Of a DNA stretch of 64,000 bases, positions 9,338-19,315 are shown piece by piece. The notes under the pieces are model-generated. The model was not told where the DNA came from. It worked only from the letters and a program-made list of their open reading frames with translations, and did not search any database. The stretch spans positions 2,688,001-2,752,000 of the forward strand of contig JASGHG010000001.1 in NCBI GenBank assembly GCA_047602425.1. The letters are read 5' to 3'. The DNA comes from Nibricoccus sp. (GTDB lineage Bacteria; Verrucomicrobiota; Verrucomicrobiia; Opitutales; Opitutaceae). The translations under genes and the position numbers were made by a program. The stretch's first letter is position 1. Each line of letters begins with the position of its first letter.

Positions 9338-9760
9338 GTGGAAGTTTCCGGACCGGTTTTATTTTTCGACGGCGAATGTGGACTTTGTGCACGGTGCGTG
9401 CGGCTGCTGCTGGCGGTGGACCGGAAAAAACGGCTGACGTTCGCAAGGTTGCAGGGCGAGGTCGCGCGGGATTTTTTGCGTGAGCGTGGACTGGCGACGG
9501 ATGATTTCGAGAGCGCGATTTTTGTGAGGAATTGGGAGCTCCGGGGTGACCTGGCGCCGGTTTTTAAAACCGATGCATTGCTCGCCGCGCTTGGTGCGGT
9601 CGGCGGGTTGTGGCGGATTTTCCTTTGTCTGAAACTGCTGCCGCGTCGATGGCGCGACGCGTTTTATGACGCGGTGGCGCGGCGACGTTTGCAGTTTTTT
9701 ACTCCCGTGAACGGCTCGCATTTATCGGCGACGCCTCAACAGGATCGCTTCCTGCCATGA
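9338..9760 (+). CDS. DCC1-like thiol-disulfide oxidoreductase (DUF393)
   Basis: FFDGECGLC (DxxCxxC), FARLQG, RDAFYDAVARRR. Confidence 0.9.
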   Translation: MEVSGPVLFFDGECGLCARCVRLLLAVDRKKRLTFARLQGEVARDFLRERGLATDDFESAIFVRNWELRGDLAPVFKTDALLAALGAVGGLWRIFLCLKLLPRRWRDAFYDAVARRRLQFFTPVNGSHLSATPQQDRFLP

Positions 9761-9827
9761 GAGCGTAGCGCGGCGATCAATGGCCCGGTTGCTGGACAAA
9801 ACGGCGACTTCGCATAGCATGCGGGCC

Positions 9828-10481
9828 ATGAGCAGACTGCTGAACCATTTGTTTGAACAAAACCAAGCGTGGGCGGAAAATATCCGCGCACAGGATCCGG
9901 AGTTTTTTCAAAAACTCTCGCGCCAGCAGTCGCCCGAGTATCTATGGATTGGTTGTGCTGACAGTCGCGTGCCGGCGAACGAAATTGTGAACCTTTTGCC
10001 AGGCGAATTGTTTGTGCATCGCAATGTCGCGAACGTGGTGGTTCATACGGATTTGAACTGTCTGTCGGTGATGCAATTCGCGGTGGATGTCTTGAAGGTG
10101 AAACACATCATGGTGGTCGGGCATTATGGCTGCAGCGGTGTGCGCTCGGCCATGCGCTGTGAGAGGATTGGCCTGGCTGACAATTGGCTGCGTCACGTGC
10201 AGGATGTCTGCGACAAGCATGAGAATTGCCTCCGGGCGTTGCCGAACGAGGCCACCCGCTATGACCGGCTTTGCGAGCTGAACGTCATCGAGCAGGTGCG
10301 CAATGTCACGCAAACCTCGATTGTGCGCGATGCTTGGGAGCGCAATCAGCAGCTTGCGGTGCACGGCTGGATCTACGGCGTCAAAGACGGATTGTTGCGC
10401 GATCTGAAAGTCACCACCACGAAAGCGAGCGAGGCGGACGCAGGCTACCGCATGGCGATTGCGGCGGCCTACACCGGATAG
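9828..10481 (+). CDS. can: Beta-class carbonic anhydrase
   Basis: WIGCADSRVP, HRNVAN, GHYGCSGV Zn ligands. Confidence 0.95.
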   Translation: MSRLLNHLFEQNQAWAENIRAQDPEFFQKLSRQQSPEYLWIGCADSRVPANEIVNLLPGELFVHRNVANVVVHTDLNCLSVMQFAVDVLKVKHIMVVGHYGCSGVRSAMRCERIGLADNWLRHVQDVCDKHENCLRALPNEATRYDRLCELNVIEQVRNVTQTSIVRDAWERNQQLAVHGWIYGVKDGLLRDLKVTTTKASEADAGYRMAIAAAYTG

Positions 10482-10543
10482 CGCGATTTTCTTCGCGCGA
10501 GGAGTTGACTCCACACCCGGGGCGCACACACAAGGGCGTTTCC

Positions 10544-11854
10544 ATGAAACGGCTCAGAATTTTCGCCAGCTGCTTTGTGCTCCTCATTTTGCCGGTTTGC
10601 GCCGGCGCTTTATTCGGTGCGGAAGAAGCCGCAGCTCCGACCCCAACGCCGCCCGCCGCGGATCAAACGGCGGCAATGAACAATGCGGTCGCCGCGGCGG
10701 TGACTTACCCGGTTGCACAGCAGGCGCGGACCGCGCCGGATTTTCTCGAACATCTGGTCGACGTGGTTCTGGAGGCTTTCAACGTCTCCAGCAGCGGAAA
10801 CACCACGATGCACTATGTGATCAGTGTGCTTTTTTTGGTGGGTTCGTTCTTGTTGCGGCACGCGGTGACGAAGATCTTTTTTGCCTTTCTTAAAAAGTTC
10901 GCGGCGCGCACGCAGACGACGCTCGACGATAAACTTTTCCCCGCGTTGGAAGCTCCGGTTGCTTCGTTGATCTCGGTCACTGGTTTGTTTGCGGCGTTGA
11001 AAGTCCTGAAGCTTTCGCCCCAGGCGGATCACGCGATTGGTTATGGTTCGACCGTCGCCTTCTCCCTGGTGATTTTCTGGGGACTGCTGCGTGCGCTCAA
11101 TGCCATGCTCGATCATGCGCACGAAGTGGCGACGCAGAAACAGATGGGCATCGCGGCCTTCATGCCGTGGATCAAGAAGACGCTGGTGGCGATCTTCGTC
11201 GTGGTCGGCGCGCTGATGGTGATCCAAAGCCTGGGCTACAACGTATCGACGTTGCTGCAAGGCTTGGGCATCGGCGGTCTCGCTTTCGCCCTCGCCGCGC
11301 AGGACACGATTGCCAATCTTTTTGGCTCGCTTGTGGTGGCGACCGATCAGCCATTCAAGCTCGGCGAAACCATCCGGGTATCGGGACACACCGGCACGGT
11401 CGAAGACATTGGCCTGCGTTCCACAAAAATCCGGCTCGCCGACAAATCGCTCGTGGTGGTTCCCAATAAAATGATGGCAACCGAGGCGATTGTGAACCTC
11501 TCGCGTTTCACCCAGCGGCGCGTGGAGGTGGTCGTTGGTTTGACCTATGACACGACACCGGAACAAATGGAGACGATCTTGGCGGATCTACGCGCGCTGT
11601 TGGCGGCGGAAGAGGGCGTGGTGAAGGACACGTTCGACGTGTATTTCACCGAGTTCGGTGGGTCGTCGATGAACATCCAGATGATTTTTCACACGGCCAA
11701 CCCGGATTACCGGAAACACCTCGCGTTGCGCGAGCGCCTCAATTTGAAAATCCTGCGCGCGGTCGCCGCACGCGGTTTGTCGATGGCATTCCCTACGCAG
11801 ACTGTGATCCTCGACGGCCCCGTGGCAAAGCAACTGGCGGCAAAGAAAGACTGA
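10544..11854 (+). CDS. MscS-family mechanosensitive channel
   Basis: GIGGLAFALAAQDTIANLFG, GTVEDIGLRSTKIR, VPN, AFPTQTV. Confidence 0.93.
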   Translation: MKRLRIFASCFVLLILPVCAGALFGAEEAAAPTPTPPAADQTAAMNNAVAAAVTYPVAQQARTAPDFLEHLVDVVLEAFNVSSSGNTTMHYVISVLFLVGSFLLRHAVTKIFFAFLKKFAARTQTTLDDKLFPALEAPVASLISVTGLFAALKVLKLSPQADHAIGYGSTVAFSLVIFWGLLRALNAMLDHAHEVATQKQMGIAAFMPWIKKTLVAIFVVVGALMVIQSLGYNVSTLLQGLGIGGLAFALAAQDTIANLFGSLVVATDQPFKLGETIRVSGHTGTVEDIGLRSTKIRLADKSLVVVPNKMMATEAIVNLSRFTQRRVEVVVGLTYDTTPEQMETILADLRALLAAEEGVVKDTFDVYFTEFGGSSMNIQMIFHTANPDYRKHLALRERLNLKILRAVAARGLSMAFPTQTVILDGPVAKQLAAKKD

Positions 11855-11865
11855 GCCGCTGGATT

Positions 11866-11895
11866 AAAGACTGGTTGGTTCGCAATCGGTCTTTT
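11866..11895 (+). terminator. Hairpin/terminator between the MscS gene and mgtE
   Basis: AAAGACTGGTTG-GTTCG-CAATCGGTCTTTT. Confidence 0.6.
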
Positions 11896-11906
11896 AAAAC
11901 ATCCCG

Positions 11907-13289
11907 ATGATTCCGCAGGCCCAGGTCAAAAACGAGATCGCCGCGCTGATTGCCCGAAAGGATTTTGGCGGGCTCAAAAAATATTTGGAGCCCTGGCTGC
12001 CCCTCGATCTGGCGCCTTTGCTGGCGGAACTTACCGTGGAGGAATTGGCGGCATTGTTTCGTTGCTCAACGAAAGAAGTCGCCGCGGCGACGTTTGGGTA
12101 TTTGTCGACGGAGGGTCAGCACAAGTTGATCAAGTTGCTGAGCCAGGAACAGGCCGCGGCGTTGTTGAACGCGCTGCCTCCCGACGACCGCACCGCTTTT
12201 CTCAACGAGATGCCGCTCGACGTGGCGATGCAGATGCTGTCGTTGCTCTCGCCCGAGGAGCGGCAGGTTGCCCAGGAATTGCTCGCCTACCCGGAGAATA
12301 GCGTCGGGCGCATGATGACCCTCGATTATGTCGCGGTGCGGCCCGAGTGGACGGTGCGCGAGGCGCTCGAATACATCCGCACCCACGGTTACGACCGCGA
12401 GACCCTCAATCTCATCTACGTCGTCGATGAACACGGACGTTTGATAGACGACATTCGCGTGAGGCGGTTCCTGCTCGCCTCGCCGGAGACGCCCGTTGCG
12501 AAACTCATGGACGGAAATTATCCCATGCTTTCCGCCACGGACGACCGGGAGAAAGCGTTGGAGCTTTTCAGGAAATTCGACCGCGTCGCTTTGCCGGTGA
12601 CGGATGATTCGGGTCGATTGGTGGGCATCGTTACATTTGACGACATTCTCGATGTCGCCTCCGAGGAGGCCACGGAAGACATCCAAAAGTTGGGCGGCAG
12701 CGAAGCCCTCGATGAGCCGTACACAACGATCTCGCTCGCCAAGATGGTGAAGAAACGGGCGAGTTGGCTGGTGGTTTTGTTTCTCGGCGAAATGCTGACC
12801 GCCACGGCGATGAGCTATTTCGAGGACGAGATCGCCAAGGCCGTCGTTCTCGCGCTCTTTGTTCCTCTGGTGATTAGTTCGGGTGGCAATGCCGGATCGC
12901 AGGCCGCGACGCTGGTCATTCGTTCGCTCGCGCTTGGCGAATTCACCTTGGGACAATGGTGGCGCGTGATGCGCCGCGAACTCGCGGCGGGCTTCATGCT
13001 CGGCGTGATTCTGGGTTTGATTGGATTTCTGCGGATCGTGATCTGGTCGCGATTTAGTGACATCTACGGTCCTCACTGGCTTCTCGTCGGAGCGACGGTG
13101 GGCTGCGCCTTGGTGGGCATCGTGCTTTGGGGTTCGCTCACAGGATCGATGCTGCCGCTGTTGCTCAAGCGCCTGGGTTTCGATCCCGCAACATCTTCCG
13201 CGCCCTTTGTGGCTACGCTGGTCGACGTGACGGGTCTCGTCATTTATTTCTCGGTCGCCTTTTTCTTCATGCGCGGCGTGTTGCTTTAA
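11907..13289 (+). CDS. mgtE: Magnesium transporter MgtE
   Basis: MgtE N-domain, CBS pair, GGNAGSQ, DPATSSAPFVATLVDV. Confidence 0.96.
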   Translation: MIPQAQVKNEIAALIARKDFGGLKKYLEPWLPLDLAPLLAELTVEELAALFRCSTKEVAAATFGYLSTEGQHKLIKLLSQEQAAALLNALPPDDRTAFLNEMPLDVAMQMLSLLSPEERQVAQELLAYPENSVGRMMTLDYVAVRPEWTVREALEYIRTHGYDRETLNLIYVVDEHGRLIDDIRVRRFLLASPETPVAKLMDGNYPMLSATDDREKALELFRKFDRVALPVTDDSGRLVGIVTFDDILDVASEEATEDIQKLGGSEALDEPYTTISLAKMVKKRASWLVVLFLGEMLTATAMSYFEDEIAKAVVLALFVPLVISSGGNAGSQAATLVIRSLALGEFTLGQWWRVMRRELAAGFMLGVILGLIGFLRIVIWSRFSDIYGPHWLLVGATVGCALVGIVLWGSLTGSMLPLLLKRLGFDPATSSAPFVATLVDVTGLVIYFSVAFFFMRGVLL

Positions 13290-13294
13290 AAACG

Positions 13295-13321
13295 AAAGCC
13301 GGCTCTCGCGAGAAAGCCGGC
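13295..13321. terminator. Hairpin between convergent mgtE and RRM genes
   Basis: GCCGGCT-CTCGCGAGAA-AGCCGGC, A-run on the left side. Confidence 0.55.
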
Positions 13322-13347
13322 CTCGGTTCTGCAAAATCCTGCGCGCT

Positions 13348-13687
13348 TCAACGGCGGAAATTCCGCTCGTTGCGTGGACTGCCGCGGAATCCTGAACGCG
13401 AATCGTTCCCACCCGAGAAGGCTCGTGCCGGACGGTCTTCGCGTGGACGCGCTTCATTGACGGTCAGGTTGCGTCCGCCAAGATCGGCGCCGTTGAATTT
13501 TTCGACGACTTTGCGCGCATCCTCCGGCGTCGCCATGCTCACGAAGGCGAATCCGCGAGGGCGGTCCGGTGAACTTGTCGAAAACCATTTCGACCGAGGA
13601 CACTGCGCCAGTGGCACCAAACAAGTCTTCAATTTCCTGGGCGGTCGTGGAAAACGGCAAGTTTCCCACGTAGAGCTTGCTAGTCAT
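13348..13687 (-). pseudogene. RRM (RNP-1) RNA-binding protein, split by a 1-nt insertion near 13563 (probably a sequencing error)
   Basis: RNP2 KLYVGNL...FDKFTG in one frame, RNP1 RPRGFAFV...[10 protein letters not shown] in the next; removing one base rejoins them. Confidence 0.9.
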
Positions 13688-13912
13688 ATATCAGAATGAA
13701 TGCCGCTGCGTCCCCCGCCGTTCCCGACCATCGAGTTTCAAACCGCCACTGAACATCCGCTCACCGACAATTTCCGTGCCGGGGATGCCGACGACATGCG
13801 AACAGGCTGGTTGGATCGTCGATCGCAGGCAAGGCCGCAAAACGCCGTTATTTTGCAGCCGGAGTGCGCGTTGGGCGAAATTTAGGAAACAATTTTGCGT
13901 CCATCGCGTCTC

Positions 13913-13940
13913 TTGACGAGGTGCATGCTCCCTGTAGATT
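13913..13940 (+). promoter_or_regulatory. Putative sigma-70 promoter
   Basis: TTGACG-N16-TAGATT, 14 nt before ATG 13954. Confidence 0.5.
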
Positions 13941-13953
13941 GACCGTCCACCCC

Positions 13954-14562
13954 ATGAAAATCACCCGCGATATTTCCCGTATTGCCGGCCTGTTGCTCGC
14001 CCTCGGCTTGGCCACATCGCTGAATCGGGTGCATGGGGAAGTGATGAGCATCTCCACGAACTCGCCCTTTCTCCTTCGTTCAGGCGCGGGTGTCGCGCCG
14101 ACCACGGAAAATACGCCCGTCGAATTGTACGGAATCATCAAAGGCGAAGCAGGCTCCAGCCCGCAGTTTGCTTTTTATGACGCGACCAAAAAGCAGGGTG
14201 GTTGGGCTAAGTTGAACGAACCCAACAAGGATTTTCCGATCACGGTGCGCAACTACGACGCGGCCAACGAAGTTGTCTCCGTCGAATATCAAGGACGTTC
14301 GCTGAATCTTCAGCTAAAAAGCATCAAGATCGCTGCCGCGCCGGCCATGGCGATGGCAGGGCCGCCGCGTCCCGTGCCCATGCCTGGCCAGCCAGCCGTA
14401 GCGCAAGCGCCCTCGGCTGACGATACCCGCCGTCTTGAAGCGGTGGCAGCGGAAGTTGCCCGGCGTCGTCAGGCCCGACAAGCCGCCGCCCAGCAGCAGC
14501 CGCAACCTCCGGCCCAGCCACCGCCGCAGGTCACGCCCAACGTGCCGAACCGGCAGCGTTAA
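13954..14562 (+). CDS. Hypothetical exported protein with Pro/Gln-rich C-terminus
   Basis: Signal-like N-terminus, beta-rich core, AEVARRRQARQ helix, upstream promoter. Confidence 0.75.
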   Translation: MKITRDISRIAGLLLALGLATSLNRVHGEVMSISTNSPFLLRSGAGVAPTTENTPVELYGIIKGEAGSSPQFAFYDATKKQGGWAKLNEPNKDFPITVRNYDAANEVVSVEYQGRSLNLQLKSIKIAAAPAMAMAGPPRPVPMPGQPAVAQAPSADDTRRLEAVAAEVARRRQARQAAAQQQPQPPAQPPPQVTPNVPNRQR

Positions 14563-14615
14563 GTTATTTCGGTCGCTTGGTTGCGGTCCGTGCGCGGATG
14601 GTTTTTATGGGCGCG

Positions 14616-15365
14616 ATGAGGTGTTTTCTTCTGACGTTCACCCTGTTGGTTGTTGCCAATTTCCTGCGCGCACAAGGGAGCCCGCCATTTTTCACGGACG
14701 ATACCGCAACCGTTTCCAAGCGACAATGGGAGCTCGATCTCGGTTTTTCAACGGACCGCAGCCGCACAGGCGATCATTCGTGGACGGCGCCATCGGTCGA
14801 TCTGGCCTTTGGGCTGACCGACGCGCTTGAGCTGGACTACGGCACGAGTTGGCTGGGCCTCCATCCCGTCGACGAAGCATCGAGAAGTGGCTTGGGAAAT
14901 TCCGTCGCGGGCGTGAAGTGGCGTTTTTTTGAGGACGAGGCGTCGGGATTTTCCCTCGCGGTGAGCCCGCATGCCGAATTCAACAACCGGGCTTCGTCGC
15001 ACCGCCGTGGCTTGGTGGAAAAAGGCACCGAATTCGTGCTGCCTTTTCAAGTGGCGAAGACTTTTGGCGACATCACGACCGCTCTCAATGTCGGTCGCAG
15101 TTTCCATTCGCGTGATCGGCGCGAATCTGATGGCTGGCTCGCCGGCATCGCGGCGGGGCGCAAAATTTCGGAAAACCTGTGCGCGGGCTTCGAAGTTTAC
15201 GGCGAAACGTCGCGACGTTTTGATCGCGGATGGATGGTCTTCAATATGGGTGCGTACTATCAGGTGAACGATTGGCTGTCGTTTTCCGCATCGGCCGGCC
15301 GCGGTTTTGCAGGAGCAGACCGGCCCGATTACGTGGCGTTTTTGGGCGTGCAGCTCTTGCGTTAA
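14616..15365 (+). CDS. Putative outer-membrane beta-barrel (MetA-pathway/transporter-like family)
   Basis: Signal peptide, PFFTDD, GLGN...GVKWRF, alternating beta strands to the C-terminus. Confidence 0.7.
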   Translation: MRCFLLTFTLLVVANFLRAQGSPPFFTDDTATVSKRQWELDLGFSTDRSRTGDHSWTAPSVDLAFGLTDALELDYGTSWLGLHPVDEASRSGLGNSVAGVKWRFFEDEASGFSLAVSPHAEFNNRASSHRRGLVEKGTEFVLPFQVAKTFGDITTALNVGRSFHSRDRRESDGWLAGIAAGRKISENLCAGFEVYGETSRRFDRGWMVFNMGAYYQVNDWLSFSASAGRGFAGADRPDYVAFLGVQLLR

Positions 15366-15434
15366 GGACGGCTTCGGAATGTCCGGAGAAAACGCGTGTA
15401 TACGGCGGGCGCATCGCTACGCTGCTGAACGATC

Positions 15435-17330
15435 ATGGCTGCGCCGACCACAAACGATATTCCCAGCACGCTTTCAAACTGGGCGTTGGTTCGGCGGCTT
15501 TTCGGACTGGCTTGGATGTACCGTGCACGCTGTTTGCAGGTGCTCGGGCTGCAACTGGTGTTGCTCACCTTCGGCTTGAGCGGTCTCAGCCTCACCGGGC
15601 TGGGCATCGACTACATCCGGCATATTCTTTCTCAACGCGGTACAATCGCGCCTGGAGTTCCTTTTCCCGCGGGAAAATTTGGGCTGAATTTGCCCGCGAA
15701 TTGGGAGCCGAGCCACGTGTTGCTCCTTATCGCGGGCGGTATCCTCGGACTGGCGCTGATGCGCGCGGCGCTCAACTATGTTTACACCATTTCCATCAAT
15801 TTGCTGGTTCAGCAAAAGCTCGTGGTCGACCTGCGCGGCGAAATCTACGACAAGCTTCAGCGGTTGAGTTTTCGATTTTTCGATGCCAACACCACGGGCT
15901 CGATCATCACGCGCGTGACGGGCGACGTGCAATCGGTCCGCATGTTCCTGGACCAAGTGCTGATCCAGAGCGTGATCATGGTGATTTCGCTCACGGTGTA
16001 CGTGATCTACATGAGCCACCTTCACGCCGGGCTCACGCTTTCATGTCTTGCCACCACGCCGCTGTTGTTGGTTCTGGCTACCCGTTTTTCCCGCCGGATC
16101 CAGCCGGCTTATGCGCAAAATCGCACGTTGGTCGAAAAGATGGTGCAAAACCTCACCGAAAGCGTGCAGGGCATACAGGTCACCAAGGGTTTCGGCCGTG
16201 AGCGCGAGGACCGCGAGCGTTTCGAAAGCAGCAACCGCGAAGTTTTCGTCCAGCAACGGAGTATTTTCTGGCAGGTGAGTTTGTTCAGCCCGACGGTCGG
16301 CTTTCTCACGCGGGTCAACATGATGGTTCTGCTCGGTTATGGCGGCTGGCTCGTGACGCAAGGCCAGTTGCCCTTCGGCGGCGGATTGGTGGTTTTCGCT
16401 GGTTTGCTCGAACAATTTTCCGGACAGGTCAACCAGGTGGCGACGCTCGCCAACAGCGTGCAGCAGTCGCTCATCGGAGCGCGGCGTGTCTTTGAAATTC
16501 TCGACGCGCCGGTTGAAGTGCAAAATTCGCCCAAGGCGATTCGTCGACAGCGATTGGAGGGGGCGGTTCGCTTCGAAAATGTTTCGTTTTCCTATGCCGG
16601 CACGCATGAGGTGGTGCGCAACATCGATCTGGAAGTGAAGCCCGGCCAGTGCGTCGCGATCCTGGGTGCGACCGGCGCAGGTAAAAGTGTTTTGATGAGT
16701 CTGATCCCGCGATTCTTTGACGTAACATCCGGTCGGATCGAAATCGATGGCATCGATGTGCGGAAATTGAACCTCGACGACCTGCGGCGAAACATCGGAC
16801 TCGTTTTCCAGGAAAGTTTCCTCTTCAGCCACACCGTTGCGGCCAACATCGCCTTCGGGCATCCCGAGGCGACCCAGGCGCAGATCGAGAAGGCGGCACG
16901 CATCGCGGCGGCGCACGATTTCATTATGGCTCTGCCGAAAGGTTATGAAACCGTGCTCGGCGAGAGCGGCATGAGCCTCTCCGGCGGCCAGCGCCAGCGG
17001 CTGGCGATCGCGCGTGCGGTGCTGTTGGAGCCGTCGATATTGCTGCTCGACGACCCGACAGCCGCGATCGACTCGCAGACCGAACATGAAATTTTTGAGG
17101 CGTTGGAAAATGCCATCGCCGGCCGCACGACCTTTATTGTCGCGCACCGGCTCAGCACCCTGCGACGCGCGGATTTTATCATCGTGATGGAAAACGGCCG
17201 CATCGTTCAGACCGGCAGGCATGAAGAATTGATGCGCGTTCCGGGCCCGTACTTGCACGTGGCGAATTTGCAGCTGGTCGACGGCCGAGATCTGCAGGCG
17301 GCCGCCACAACCGGGGAGGGTGCGAAATGA
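15435..17330 (+). CDS. ABC exporter, fused permease/ATPase (subunit 1)
   Basis: TMD plus GATGAGKS, LSGGQRQR, Walker B ILLLDD. Confidence 0.95.
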   Translation: MAAPTTNDIPSTLSNWALVRRLFGLAWMYRARCLQVLGLQLVLLTFGLSGLSLTGLGIDYIRHILSQRGTIAPGVPFPAGKFGLNLPANWEPSHVLLLIAGGILGLALMRAALNYVYTISINLLVQQKLVVDLRGEIYDKLQRLSFRFFDANTTGSIITRVTGDVQSVRMFLDQVLIQSVIMVISLTVYVIYMSHLHAGLTLSCLATTPLLLVLATRFSRRIQPAYAQNRTLVEKMVQNLTESVQGIQVTKGFGREREDRERFESSNREVFVQQRSIFWQVSLFSPTVGFLTRVNMMVLLGYGGWLVTQGQLPFGGGLVVFAGLLEQFSGQVNQVATLANSVQQSLIGARRVFEILDAPVEVQNSPKAIRRQRLEGAVRFENVSFSYAGTHEVVRNIDLEVKPGQCVAILGATGAGKSVLMSLIPRFFDVTSGRIEIDGIDVRKLNLDDLRRNIGLVFQESFLFSHTVAANIAFGHPEATQAQIEKAARIAAAHDFIMALPKGYETVLGESGMSLSGGQRQRLAIARAVLLEPSILLLDDPTAAIDSQTEHEIFEALENAIAGRTTFIVAHRLSTLRRADFIIVMENGRIVQTGRHEELMRVPGPYLHVANLQLVDGRDLQAAATTGEGAK

Positions 17331-19204
17331 AACCACCGGCCACCACCAAAGATGCGGGCGTGCCCATGCTTGTGCAGCGGTTGCGCGACGAGGATGACGA
17401 CGAGCCGCAGTTCAAGCCGCTGGAATGGGGCATCATTCGCCGGTTGATTGGTTACACGCGGTTGCATGGCGCGAAGCGGAACTGGCTCGTGATCCTCACG
17501 ATCATGCGTGCCGCGCAATTGCCCTCGCTCGTCTGGCTCGGCGCCGAAATTATCACCGGCCCGATCGCGGGGCATGAAACCAGCCGGCTTTTCTGGTGGA
17601 TCGCCGGCTACTTTGCCCTCGCTGTATTTACGGACGGATGTTTCCACTTCCGCCAGCGCTTCGCACTCGAATTGGGCGAGCTGATGGTGAATCACCTCCG
17701 CTCGGAAATATTTTCGCACGTGCAGCGCATGCCGATGAGTTTTTTTCATCGCGTGAAGCTCGGACGCATCATCAGCCGCGTGACGTCCGATATCGAGGCG
17801 ATCCGACTGGGCGTGCAGGATTCGCTTTTCGTCAGCATCGTGCAGATCGGCCAGATGTTTTTTGTCGGTGGCGTCATGTTGTGGCTGAACTGGCGGCTCT
17901 TTTGCATCGTGCTGGCGCTCGCACCGGTGCTTTGGTCGATCAACCGCCGTTTTCGCATGCGACTGAGCCGCGACTCGCGGGCGGCGCAGGAAAGTTTCAG
18001 TCGGGTAACGGCCACGCTTGCCGAGTCGGTCAATGGCATCCGGGTAACGCAGAGTTTCGTGCGGCAGGAAACGAACGCGGGACTTTTTCGCCGTCTGCTG
18101 GCCGATCATTCGCGTTACAGCATCGCGCTGGCGCGGACCTCGGCCGTGCTCACGCCGTTGCTGGAATTGAACAGCCAGTTCTTCGTGGCGATCCTATTGA
18201 CCGTCGGCGGCTGGGGCGTGCTCCATCACGGTGGCGATATTGGCGTGCTGATTAAGTTCTTCCTGCTGGCGAACATGTTTTTTGCCCCGATCCAAGTGCT
18301 CGGCAACCAGTACACGCAGGCGCTGATTGCGATGGCCGGCGCGGAGCGCGTCTTTCGTTTGCTCGACATGAAGCCCGACTGGCAGGATGCGCCGGATGCG
18401 GTGGATCTTCCGGATCCGCGGGTGAACCTCAAAACGCCAAAGGAACAAACGGCAAAAAACACCGGAGCCAAGGTGGAGTTTCGCAACGTGTCGTTTGGTT
18501 ATGAACTCGGCCGGCCGGTGCTGCGTGAGATCAGCTTTTCGATGGAACCCGGCCGCATGGTCGCCTTGGTCGGCCACACCGGCAGCGGCAAAAGCACGAT
18601 CGTCAATCTTGTATCCAAGTTCTACCTACCGAGCGAGGGAGAGTTGTTCATCGACGATCGCGAGGTGCGCACGCTGACGAGTCATTCGTTGCACCGGCAG
18701 ATGGGCATGGTGCAGCAGCAGAATTTTCTCTTTGCCGGCACGGTGCTCGACAACATCCGGCTGGGCCGCCCCGAGGCGACCGATGACGAGGTGCGCGACG
18801 CGGCCCGCCGATTGGATTGTCTCGATTTGCTTGAGGCCTTGCCGCAAGGGCTGCTCACCGAGGTGGGCGAGAGGGGAGGCGGGCTTTCCGTGGGACAGCG
18901 GCAGCTCGTGTGTTTCACGCGGGCGCTGCTGGCCGATCCCCGCATCCTGATTTTGGACGAGGCGACGAGTTCGATCGACGCCATAACCGAGGCACGTCTC
19001 CAAAAGGCGCTGGTGGCATTGTTGCGGGGCCGCACGAGTTTTGTCGTTGCCCACCGGTTAAGCACCATCCGGCACGCGGATCTCGTCTTGGTTCTTGATG
19101 GTGGTTTTATCGTCGAGCGGGGCACGCACGCGGAGCTGTTGTCGTTGAAAAAACATTACGCCGCGCTGCACCGGCAGTTCGTTCAGGTGGACGCGCAGCC
19201 CTGA
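17327..19204 (+). CDS. ABC exporter, fused permease/ATPase (subunit 2)
   Basis: TMD plus GHTGSGKS, LSVGQRQ, ILILDEATS; ATGA overlap with subunit 1. Confidence 0.95.
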   Translation: MKPPATTKDAGVPMLVQRLRDEDDDEPQFKPLEWGIIRRLIGYTRLHGAKRNWLVILTIMRAAQLPSLVWLGAEIITGPIAGHETSRLFWWIAGYFALAVFTDGCFHFRQRFALELGELMVNHLRSEIFSHVQRMPMSFFHRVKLGRIISRVTSDIEAIRLGVQDSLFVSIVQIGQMFFVGGVMLWLNWRLFCIVLALAPVLWSINRRFRMRLSRDSRAAQESFSRVTATLAESVNGIRVTQSFVRQETNAGLFRRLLADHSRYSIALARTSAVLTPLLELNSQFFVAILLTVGGWGVLHHGGDIGVLIKFFLLANMFFAPIQVLGNQYTQALIAMAGAERVFRLLDMKPDWQDAPDAVDLPDPRVNLKTPKEQTAKNTGAKVEFRNVSFGYELGRPVLREISFSMEPGRMVALVGHTGSGKSTIVNLVSKFYLPSEGELFIDDREVRTLTSHSLHRQMGMVQQQNFLFAGTVLDNIRLGRPEATDDEVRDAARRLDCLDLLEALPQGLLTEVGERGGGLSVGQRQLVCFTRALLADPRILILDEATSSIDAITEARLQKALVALLRGRTSFVVAHRLSTIRHADLVLVLDGGFIVERGTHAELLSLKKHYAALHRQFVQVDAQP

Positions 19205-19233
19205 GTCGCAGGGGAAGGCAAGCAGTTTTCGAG

Positions 19234-19271
19234 GATTTCTCCTCTGAAAAATGCGATTTCTCCTCTGAAAA
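19234..19271 (+). repeat. Perfect 17-bp direct repeat, 21-bp period
   Basis: GATTTCTCCTCTGAAAA at 19234-19250 and 19255-19271. Confidence 0.9.
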
Positions 19272-19315
19272 TTTCATTGCATTCGTAAAACGGTCCAGTA
19301 GACCCAAATTCCGTT

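Noticed and set aside
11855..11906. M-box riboswitch upstream of mgtE
   Set aside because: The gap is only 52 nt and holds a single hairpin; too short
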